DNA from: Thiohalomonadales bacterium
Lineage (GTDB): Bacteria; Pseudomonadota; Gammaproteobacteria; UBA6429; Thiohalophilaceae
Length of the DNA stretch: 64,000 bases
NCBI GenBank assembly: GCA_040235555.1
Contig: JBECKZ010000175.1
Span: forward strand, 1,350 to 65,349
Direction of reading: 5' to 3'
Shown here: piece after piece, positions 29,463-37,989 of the stretch
How the letters are laid out: each line of letters starts with the position of its first letter
Numbering within the stretch: position 1 is the first letter of the stretch
Program-made: the position numbers and the translations under genes
Notes under the pieces: generated by a model
Databases searched by the model: none
What the model was told of the DNA's origin: nothing
Seen by the model: only the letters and a program-made list of their open reading frames with translations

Positions 29463-32279
29463 TCAACCATTGGAAATTACTTTCGCATATTGCTCATCCA
29501 GGTACCTGACTAGATCATCTGCTGTGAGGGGTACGCTGAAATAGTTTCCTTGAACAAAATCGCATTTATGTTCACGCAATAACTCCAGCTGCTCCCTGAA
29601 CTCTACTCCCTCAGCGACCACTTCCATATTTAAGGCATGCGCCATTGCAATGATAGACAGTGTCAAGGTGGTTGCCTGTTCATCACCCGGGATATCCCGG
29701 GTGAAGGCACGGTCGATTTTCAGGGTATGCACCGAGAAACGCTTGAGATAACCCAGTGAAGAATAGCCAGTACCAAAATCATCGATTGCAAGTTGTACAC
29801 CCATGGCACAAAGTTTATTAAACATAGACTTGGTATTAACACTTTCATCCAGCAACAGGCTTTCTGTGATTTCCAGTTCCAGGGACTGCGGCAACATGCC
29901 GGTGCTGGAGATAGTCTTTTCCACTGTATCAATAAAATTTTCCCGCATGAATTGCCGACTGGAAATATTTACTGCCAGCTTCTCTGGGGCAATATTTTTT
30001 TTCCGCCATTCCTGAAACTGACTACAGGCATTTTGTAACACCCATTCGCCAATCGGTTCAATCAGACCACAATCCTCCGCCAGTGAAATAAATTGGGCCG
30101 GTGTAACAAGACCGATATCTGGGTGATTCCAGCGAATAAGTGCCTCAACGGCGTTAACCCTCCCGCTGCCAAGATCGATCTGCGGCTGGTAGTAAAGACA
30201 GAATTCATCACGCTCGAGTGCATGTCGCAGAGCTGTTTCCATTTCAATCCGATGCACAAGCTCCTTGTTCATGCTTTCCTCAAAAAACTTGTAACGGCCG
30301 CGTCCACTTTCCTTGGCATGATACATAGCCGCATCCGCATGAGCCAGCAGCGACTTATTATCGACGCCATCCTCAGGGTAAATCACAATACCTACACTGG
30401 CATTGATAAATATCTCGCGTGCGTTGATAACATACGGTCTGCTGATTTCAGAAATTATGTGTTCCGCGATATAGCCTGCATCCTTAGGACTGGAAACACT
30501 TGATAGCAGAATAACGAACTCATCGCCACCAAGCCGTGACACCGTATCAGTTTCCCGCACACAGTTTCGCATTCTTTCTGCTACTTTGCGTAGCAACTTG
30601 TCACCACTTGCATGTCCAAGTGAATCATTAATATTCTTGAACCGGTCCAGATCAATATAGAGTATGGCAGCCCTTTCCTTATTGCGACGTGCACGAATAA
30701 TATGCTGTTCCAAGCGGTCGTTAAATAGCTGTCTGTTCGGCAAATCGGTCAAAAAGTCAAAATGCGCCTGGCGATATAACTTTTCATCCCGGTCTGCAGT
30801 TGCCAGTGCTACTGCAAGTCTATCAATTATATCGCGAACTGAATCGGGTTCTTCTACTTTCTCGGTCAAATCCGACCTGTATCCCAGGCTGAAAATTGCC
30901 CGTAGGCCTCCATTGAGCAAAATCGGGCACGTCTGTGCAGTCGTCACACCCTGATTGATTATTGTTTGCAGACATTGCAAGGGCTGCGTTTTTAAATCCT
31001 GCAGTTTAACGTCCTCATAGGTTAGTAGTTGATTAACTTCACTTGATGGAAGCTTTGCCTTTTCAACAACCGCTGGCCGGTTATCTCCGACATCCTTGAT
31101 ATATGTCCAGCCTGCTGTTGTATCCGATTTATCCAGGAGAGTAATCACCATAAAATCGCAGGAAATAATCTTATGCGCCGTGTCAAAAATATTTGCCAGT
31201 ACGACATCCAGGTCTGGATAGGTCAGGATAAGGTGATCAATATCTGAGAGTACCTTCAGGATATTAAATTGTTTTTCCAGCCTGGCAGCCATTATATTAA
31301 AAGAATCGCCCAATTCCCCAAATTCATCCTTGGTATCAACATTTACTTTTTCACCAAATTCATATCTAGCGAGTCGTCTGGTAGCACCCACCAGTCTTTC
31401 CAAAGGAAACATGATCCTTCGCACTTGAATCAGGCTCAACAATAAAACTGTCAGAAGTGAAAATAATATTATCAGAGGGAAAATTTTGTGATACGCATAA
31501 ACGGGCAGGAGTGCTTCCGATTCTGATCGGCTCGATATGATTTTCCAGTCCGTTCCGTAAAAATTGGATTTAATAAATAGGCCCCAGGCAACAGCCAGAT
31601 TCTTACCATCGTTATTGTTCCAGCTTAATCTCCTCGAATCTGCTTGTCCGGACATTTCTCTGACTTTTTCCTGTAATGCCTTATAACTTTGGTTTGGGCA
31701 AAATAACACCTTACCATTATCATCAATCACACAGAGAAAGGTTGAAAACGGCAGGCTATCCTTGTTTCCCCATAAAAAGTTATTATTCAATTCCGCTACT
31801 AGTGTCACTACTTTATTATTTTTTACTATCGTAGTAACACGCCGCAGGTAAAGCTTCGCGCCACCATCAATTCCAGACTTGCTAAACAAAATAGATTTAT
31901 TTTCCGTTTGGGCATTCTGATAATCGAGTGGCAAACGGTCTGCAGGAACCATTTCTAAACGTAGTGCATCAATTTGATGTTCGGTATCAAATATTTTTAG
32001 AACGTGACCATTCTGATCGGCAAGTACCTCATCCTGATGTAACTGGGACAGTTTTCGTAGCTTGTTATCGACAAGTAATAACCTGTCGAGCACCGCCATA
32101 CCATATAATTTACTTGCGTGCTGTAATTGCTTATAAGACTGCTGGACAAGCAGATCAGTCACATAAGTAAATGAGTAAAAAGCCGTTACCGCAATGGGAA
32201 CCAGTGTTGAAATAAAGAACAGCCAGATGACACGCCTTGCTACTTTGCTGCGGTAAAAAGCGAAGTTAAATCGCATCAC
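29463..32279 (-). CDS. membrane sensor, HAMP-GAF-like-GGDEF-EAL protein
   Basis: Two TM segments flank a ~230-aa extracytoplasmic region, followed by a HAMP-like segment. Motifs: RLGGDEF, EALIRW, EITES, DDFGTGYSSL. Confidence 0.9.
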   Translation of the reverse strand: MMRFNFAFYRSKVARRVIWLFFISTLVPIAVTAFYSFTYVTDLLVQQSYKQLQHASKLYGMAVLDRLLLVDNKLRKLSQLHQDEVLADQNGHVLKIFDTEHQIDALRLEMVPADRLPLDYQNAQTENKSILFSKSGIDGGAKLYLRRVTTIVKNNKVVTLVAELNNNFLWGNKDSLPFSTFLCVIDDNGKVLFCPNQSYKALQEKVREMSGQADSRRLSWNNNDGKNLAVAWGLFIKSNFYGTDWKIISSRSESEALLPVYAYHKIFPLIILFSLLTVLLLSLIQVRRIMFPLERLVGATRRLARYEFGEKVNVDTKDEFGELGDSFNIMAARLEKQFNILKVLSDIDHLILTYPDLDVVLANIFDTAHKIISCDFMVITLLDKSDTTAGWTYIKDVGDNRPAVVEKAKLPSSEVNQLLTYEDVKLQDLKTQPLQCLQTIINQGVTTAQTCPILLNGGLRAIFSLGYRSDLTEKVEEPDSVRDIIDRLAVALATADRDEKLYRQAHFDFLTDLPNRQLFNDRLEQHIIRARRNKERAAILYIDLDRFKNINDSLGHASGDKLLRKVAERMRNCVRETDTVSRLGGDEFVILLSSVSSPKDAGYIAEHIISEISRPYVINAREIFINASVGIVIYPEDGVDNKSLLAHADAAMYHAKESGRGRYKFFEESMNKELVHRIEMETALRHALERDEFCLYYQPQIDLGSGRVNAVEALIRWNHPDIGLVTPAQFISLAEDCGLIEPIGEWVLQNACSQFQEWRKKNIAPEKLAVNISSRQFMRENFIDTVEKTISSTGMLPQSLELEITESLLLDESVNTKSMFNKLCAMGVQLAIDDFGTGYSSLGYLKRFSVHTLKIDRAFTRDIPGDEQATTLTLSIIAMAHALNMEVVAEGVEFREQLELLREHKCDFVQGNYFSVPLTADDLVRYLDEQYAKVISNG

Positions 32280-32291
32280 GAAACCCGATTG

Positions 32292-32885
32292 CTAATAATT
32301 GCTCGCGAGGCCGACAAAACTGCCATTATTTGCCCGCACGATGTCGTCCTGGCTGGCTTTAGCGGTCAATGGTGATGAACTCTGACCATCCTTGCCAGAA
32401 CTGTATAGGTCATAGTCGGTATTTAGCGGGACCAGATTATGGTCCTTACGCACATTACCGATATTTGCCGTGGCGATATTAAGGTAATGATATGGATTAC
32501 CCCAGGGGTCTGTTAAGTTGCCCATACCCAGGACAGCCAGTGATGCAGGATAAACTTTGTTATCATCATGGAAATCGTCGATTGCAAGACTCATGACACG
32601 TATCTGTTTTACTGCATTGGCGACCTTGGCAGCATCGACGTAACCGCTGTAGGAAACGAAGGCGATACTGGCCAGCACACCAATGATTGCTACTGCCACC
32701 ATTAACTCCAGTAAGGTGAATCCGTACTGATTGGCAAACCATACTGATGATAAGCGGGCATTCACTTCTGGACAGTTACTCGCTTTCTCAATGGCACCGT
32801 TACCTGCCATGTTTCTGGCGGGAATACCATCACATTGGTTGGGCTGCATGACGACATGCGTTATTGTTGGCTCAAGCACTGACAT
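32292..32885 (-). CDS. GspG-like pseudopilin (prepilin-type N-terminal methylation domain)
   Basis: G/FTLLELMVAVAIIGVLASIA cleavage-methylation motif and GspG-like DPWGNPYHY. The true start is uncertain (ATG 32885, ATG 32810 or GTG 32768). Confidence 0.75.
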   Translation of the reverse strand: MSVLEPTITHVVMQPNQCDGIPARNMAGNGAIEKASNCPEVNARLSSVWFANQYGFTLLELMVAVAIIGVLASIAFVSYSGYVDAAKVANAVKQIRVMSLAIDDFHDDNKVYPASLAVLGMGNLTDPWGNPYHYLNIATANIGNVRKDHNLVPLNTDYDLYSSGKDGQSSSPLTAKASQDDIVRANNGSFVGLASNY

Positions 32886-33333
32886 TGTTTTACTTAATTT
32901 TTATATTGAAATTTGTGCTACTCATGGACAATCTTAAAAGCTGTTCCACTGTGTCCCTGGTTTGCATAAGTTAACAATATTTAACAGTTTAAAGTGAAAA
33001 CTCCCTAAGCAACAGAGAGCGTAGTCACAAATACCCTTTCCTGTACAGCGGATTTTCACAACTTTAAATTAGCATCATAACTAATTGATTTTAATCTATT
33101 TTGAAAACTAATACATTATCTCTTCTACAGGCTTGTGTGTGCCGGTTGCCCGATATTTTTATCAACTGGACCAGACTGGAAAATTTGTTATCGCTCAAGT
33201 TTATACATTAGCTACCATTTATATTAGAATTATCTAATTTATCGCCTCACGGGAACTTGTGCGAACTGGAAACCCTCTCCCCTGAGTGCTCTAAAATACC
33301 AAGCCCGTTAATCGCCAACATCAGGGAATTACC

Positions 33334-33936
33334 ATGTCAGACCTTTTTAAAGAAAAAGCCGGTGACTGGGACGCAAATCAAATGCGTTTGCAGCTGTCAT
33401 CCGCTATCGGCACCTCGATACTGAACACCGTACCGTTAGATGAACACATGGCTGTCATGGATTTTGGTGCAGGGACCGGTCTGTTGACTTCGCATGTAGC
33501 CCCTCGTGTTAAACAGGTTGCCGCTGTCGATACCTCAGCATCGATGCTGGACAAATTATCTGCAAAACCCGAGTTTCAGGGGAAAGTCACCGCTATTTGC
33601 CAGGACATTACCGAACATCCCCTGGAACAACGCTTTGATCTGATCATCAGCGCCATGGCCATGCACCACGTGGAAGACACCCACGAGCTGTTTGCAGCCT
33701 TTGCCGAACATCTGCAGCCTGGTGGCCGGATTGCGCTCGCCGATCTGGACAAGGAGGATGGCACATTCCATCCGGTGGATGTTGAAGGTGTATTCCATCA
33801 CGGGTTTGCACGAGATGAATTACAAAACATCATCGAAGCGCAGGGATTTGTGGATATCCGGTTTGAAACCGCCCATACGGTAGACAAAGAGGGTCGGCAA
33901 TACCCCATCTTTCTTGTCACTGCCACCAAAGCCTGA
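33334..33936 (+). CDS. class I SAM-dependent methyltransferase
   Basis: VMDFGAGTGLL motif I. Length 200 aa. Confidence 0.85.
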   Translation: MSDLFKEKAGDWDANQMRLQLSSAIGTSILNTVPLDEHMAVMDFGAGTGLLTSHVAPRVKQVAAVDTSASMLDKLSAKPEFQGKVTAICQDITEHPLEQRFDLIISAMAMHHVEDTHELFAAFAEHLQPGGRIALADLDKEDGTFHPVDVEGVFHHGFARDELQNIIEAQGFVDIRFETAHTVDKEGRQYPIFLVTATKA

Positions 33937-34257
33937 ACCACGCATCTCCTAAGTAAAATCGGTTTGCAGCCGGACGCTGCACACCGATATTTTGAATCTA
34001 CCGGCGGCAGGCAACCTCTCTTCCAGGTAACCCTCCTGATATTTTCCTGTATCAGCACAAAATGACGCAGTGAAATAATTTCATTGTATTGCTGTCAACC
34101 ACAAGCTACCTGGTGCGTTTGTAATTGCAGGATGACGAATAGTTTGGCATTGCGAACCGGTTTGGTTTTGCTGGTGTCAAATATGAAAATTCTTGCTTAG
34201 TGGCGAGTCTGAAACTCGCGACCGTCCTGCCAGATACAAAAACTGTGCTCACCAACC

Positions 34258-35691
34258 TTGATTGGAGCAACGATGCTGCTGACCAGTAATCAGGCGATTG
34301 ACCGCTTAAGTCTCGGCGCAACCCTGCAACTCGATGCAGAACTCCACCGCCACGGTGTGACAGACTGGATCACCGATCAACTGAACCCAGGCACAGAACC
34401 CGGTAACCTGCAGGCCCGATTGACCGGGCTTGCTGCCATCACCCTCAATCCCGCGGAGTTATTCGAACGTTACTGGATCCCCTTCAAACAACGCAAAGAT
34501 CCGGAACTCAAACAACGTTTCCGTATGCAGGCACAACAGTTATATATGGAATCCGCCAGCGCTCGCCTGTGGCACGCCAGCGACAGTCCCTGGCAGTTGC
34601 GTGAATTGCTGGTGGACTTCTGGTTCAATCATTTCAACGTCTTTGTCCATAAGGGGCTGTGTAATCTGTGGACCGGCAGCTTTGAGACCCAGGCCATACG
34701 TCCACATGTCCTTGGCCGCTTTTCGGATTTGTTACTGGCTACCGCCAGGCACCCAGCGATGTTGTTTTATCTCGATAACTGGATGAATACCGCACCGGAC
34801 TCCGCGTGGGCGCATGGCGCCAGGAAGGGACTCAATGAAAACTATGCGCGCGAGTTAATGGAATTGCATACCGTGGGTTTACACTACACCCAGGCCGATG
34901 TCGCTGGTGCCACCCGCTTACTGACCGGTTGGGGACTGCAACGTAAACTCGGTTTTCGTTTCGATCCGAGACGTCACGATTTTGCCGCACAAACAATTCT
35001 CGGGCGGCGTTTCAGTGGCGGCGAAGCGGCCATCACCGATTTTCTCCATTACCTCGCAACCCATCCGGATACGGCACAACACATCGCATTCCGCCTGGCG
35101 CAGTATTTTGTCGCGGATCAACCAGCCCCCCGACTGATTGAGCACATGCGTGTTCGCTATCTTGCCACACAAGGCAACCTGAAAGCCGTCACCCAGGCCA
35201 TGATCGAACACCCGGAGTTTGCCAGAGCGGCGACACGCCGGGACAAATTCAGAACGCCGTTTCGTTATGTGATGGCGGTGATGCGCGCAAGCCAGCGTAC
35301 CCCTCAAAACTGCCGGCCGTTGATCGGAACCCTGCACCAGTTGGGTCAACCCTTATATGGCTGCATGACACCTAACGGTTGGGCCAACACACAAGCTGAA
35401 TGGCTGTCACCGGATGCACTCACGGCACGTCTCAATTTCGCCGTTGCCCTCGGCGGTGGTTGGTTGCCAGTGTCGCAAGTTAAAGCGGACATGATGATGG
35501 CCCCCGCCATGGGCGCAACCCAATCGCTTACGCCACAACGACCACACAAACATAATCCGGTTGGGCTGGAGATCGTGCTCGCGGCGCTGGGGACCCGCCT
35601 GCCGCGCAAAACCATTGCGGTCGCCAAACTGGCACCGCCACCTTTGCAGGCGGCAGTCCTGCTGGGTAGTCCCCAAATGCAATACTGTTGA
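34258..35691 (+). CDS. DUF1800 family protein
   Basis: DFWFNHFNVF and NENYARELMELHT(V)G signature stretches. An ATG alternative start lies at 34273. Confidence 0.8.
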   Translation: MIGATMLLTSNQAIDRLSLGATLQLDAELHRHGVTDWITDQLNPGTEPGNLQARLTGLAAITLNPAELFERYWIPFKQRKDPELKQRFRMQAQQLYMESASARLWHASDSPWQLRELLVDFWFNHFNVFVHKGLCNLWTGSFETQAIRPHVLGRFSDLLLATARHPAMLFYLDNWMNTAPDSAWAHGARKGLNENYARELMELHTVGLHYTQADVAGATRLLTGWGLQRKLGFRFDPRRHDFAAQTILGRRFSGGEAAITDFLHYLATHPDTAQHIAFRLAQYFVADQPAPRLIEHMRVRYLATQGNLKAVTQAMIEHPEFARAATRRDKFRTPFRYVMAVMRASQRTPQNCRPLIGTLHQLGQPLYGCMTPNGWANTQAEWLSPDALTARLNFAVALGGGWLPVSQVKADMMMAPAMGATQSLTPQRPHKHNPVGLEIVLAALGTRLPRKTIAVAKLAPPPLQAAVLLGSPQMQYC

Positions 35692-35703
35692 ACAGGTGAT
35701 GCC

Positions 35704-36930
35704 ATGAAACGACGTGACATTCTCAAATTCGGTGCCGCTTCCACGGCCGGCCTGCTGCTGCCATTGGGACACCATGCCTGGGCGGCCCGTTCTGCACAAC
35801 ACGGCCCGCGCCTGGTGGTGTTATTTCTGCGCGGCGCCGTGGATGGCCTCAGTGTGGTGGCCCCGTATGCAGACGAGTTGTATTACGACTATCGCCCGAG
35901 CATTGCCCTCAACCGGCCGGGTGAAACCGATGGCCTGCTGGATCTCGACAGTCACTTCGGCCTGCACCCATCACTGGCGTCGCTGTTCCCCCTGTGGCAA
36001 TCCCGGCAACTGGCCTTTATTCATGCCTGCGGTTCACCCGACCCCGATCGGTCACATTTCGAAGCCCAGGCCTACATGGAAACCGCCACCCCCGGTATCA
36101 CCACCACCCGCAGCGGCTGGCTGAACCGTCTGGCGGCCGCCATGCATTTTGAGCACGCTGCGGATACGGTCGCCTTTGGTGCGACCCAGCCCCTGATCAC
36201 CCGCGGCAATGCCCCCACCGCGACATTTCCCGTGGGTCAGGGTGCTACCCGCATGAAACCCATGGATCGTGATCCGGTCCGCCTTGCTTTCGACGCTGTG
36301 TATGCCGGCGATCCTCGGCTGGGTCGAATTTATGACGAGGCAATCCAGTCACGCGCCACCTTGTTGGCGGCAGTCAATCAGGATATGCAACACTCTGCCC
36401 AGGGCGCCCCCGATCCCAAGGGCTTCAGTAATGATGCGCGCCGGGCCGCGCACATGATGGTGGCCGATCCGGCATTACGCCTGGTATTTTTCCAGCTCGG
36501 TGGCTGGGATACCCACGTCAATCAGGGTGCAGCCCATGGTCAGTTAGCAAACCGACTCAGATTACTCGGCGATGGCCTGGCGACATTTCAGGCAAGCCTC
36601 GGCCCAACCTGGCAGGAAACCGTGGTGCTGGTGATATCCGAGTTTGGGCGCACGGCCCACGAAAATGGCGACTGCGGCACCGACCACGGTCACGGTAATG
36701 TCCATTGGCTATTGGGTGGTCCCGTTGCCGGGGGGAAAGTCTACGGTGACTGGACCGGCATCAGTGACGACGCCTTACACCAGGGTCGTGATCTGCCGGT
36801 CACGACCGATTTTCGGTCGGTTATCGACCTGATCCTAGAAGCACACCTTTGTGCCTCGGCCAGTGCACGCCGACTGGTGTTACCCCGTTTTTCACCCGAT
36901 TGCAAACCCATCGCCGGCCTTTTCGTTTAA
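35704..36930 (+). CDS. DUF1501 family protein (sulfatase-like fold) with Tat signal
   Basis: MKRRDILKFGA twin-arginine leader and GGWDTH, DHGHG motifs. It has the canonical DUF1800 partner upstream. Confidence 0.85.
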   Translation: MKRRDILKFGAASTAGLLLPLGHHAWAARSAQHGPRLVVLFLRGAVDGLSVVAPYADELYYDYRPSIALNRPGETDGLLDLDSHFGLHPSLASLFPLWQSRQLAFIHACGSPDPDRSHFEAQAYMETATPGITTTRSGWLNRLAAAMHFEHAADTVAFGATQPLITRGNAPTATFPVGQGATRMKPMDRDPVRLAFDAVYAGDPRLGRIYDEAIQSRATLLAAVNQDMQHSAQGAPDPKGFSNDARRAAHMMVADPALRLVFFQLGGWDTHVNQGAAHGQLANRLRLLGDGLATFQASLGPTWQETVVLVISEFGRTAHENGDCGTDHGHGNVHWLLGGPVAGGKVYGDWTGISDDALHQGRDLPVTTDFRSVIDLILEAHLCASASARRLVLPRFSPDCKPIAGLFV

Positions 36931-37057
36931 AATTCACCAGCGCTGCATGTACCCATAATGCACATGCATGCTGCTGCTTGGGTTGAACCTTTGTCCCGGG
37001 CTCTCGGTCGAAGTACCGTTACTGATGATTATTTTCACAACAAGAAAAGAGATGTTT

Positions 37058-37639
37058 ATGCGACAACTATTCAACGGACTGGCCCTGGTCCTCACACTCC
37101 TGACAACCGGCTTCCTATACAACAACAACGTGACCGCTGCCGGCAATGATCGCGCCCAGGCCATGGAGCAGCTGGCCGGCTCCATGCTCAAGGACATCGG
37201 GCAGACCACCTGGATTCGCGAAGGCAAGGGTCCAAAGGTGATTTATGTGTTCTTCGATCCGAACTGTCCCTTCTGCCACCGGCTGTTTGTAAACACACGC
37301 GAGTGGATTAAACAGGGCAAGGTGGAACTGCGCTGGATCCCGGTTGGTATTCTCACCACCACCAGTGCCGGTAAGGCGGCAGCAATCCTCGGTGCCAAGA
37401 GTCCGCGCAAGGCCTTCTACCAGAATGAAGAGCATTATGATCGGGGCGGGGCGATTGAAGAAGACATCCCGACACCTGCCGTGGAGAAAAAACTCAAGGC
37501 CAACGACGCCCTGTTGGCGCGTACCGGTTTTGGCGCCGTACCGGTTATGTTGTTTGATGGCAATGATGGCACGCCGATCATTGTGCAAGGTTCACCACCG
37601 AAGCAAAAACTGGCTGTCATTCTCAAGTATGTAAAGTAA
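37058..37639 (+). CDS. periplasmic thiol:disulfide interchange protein (DsbG/DsbC-like)
   Basis: Signal peptide MRQLFNGLALVLTLL and FFDPNCPFCHRLF containing CxxC. The start is trimmed from the track ORF. Confidence 0.7.
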   Translation: MRQLFNGLALVLTLLTTGFLYNNNVTAAGNDRAQAMEQLAGSMLKDIGQTTWIREGKGPKVIYVFFDPNCPFCHRLFVNTREWIKQGKVELRWIPVGILTTTSAGKAAAILGAKSPRKAFYQNEEHYDRGGAIEEDIPTPAVEKKLKANDALLARTGFGAVPVMLFDGNDGTPIIVQGSPPKQKLAVILKYVK

Positions 37640-37653
37640 AGGATTTGTCATCT

Positions 37654-37672
37654 GCTCAGTGCAACACTGAGC
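37654..37672 (+). terminator. hairpin after the dsbG-like gene
   Basis: GCTCAGTG-caa-CACTGAGC forms a perfect 8-bp stem. There is no clear T-tract. Confidence 0.35.
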
Positions 37673-37989
37673 AAATGCACACACAGTATTGACTATTGCT
37701 CAGGAACAACATTGGAATCAATAAATTCTCGTGCCGCTGAAGACATTGCGCTGATCTGGTGCAACGCTCGATGGACTAGAAGTATACTGGTGCAGCACAT
37801 TCAGTGCATCGGCCAGATCAGGTAACCAGAAAAGAGAAAGTTAGCGGGATAAGTAAAGAAATTGCCTACTGATCGCGCAATAGCATCGGTTACGCACAAA
37901 AATTGCTAGACAAGATAGTCCAGGCAACAAACTACTATAGAAAGTGGCTTTGCAAACGACTAACACAATAACTTGTCGAGGTATCTCCG

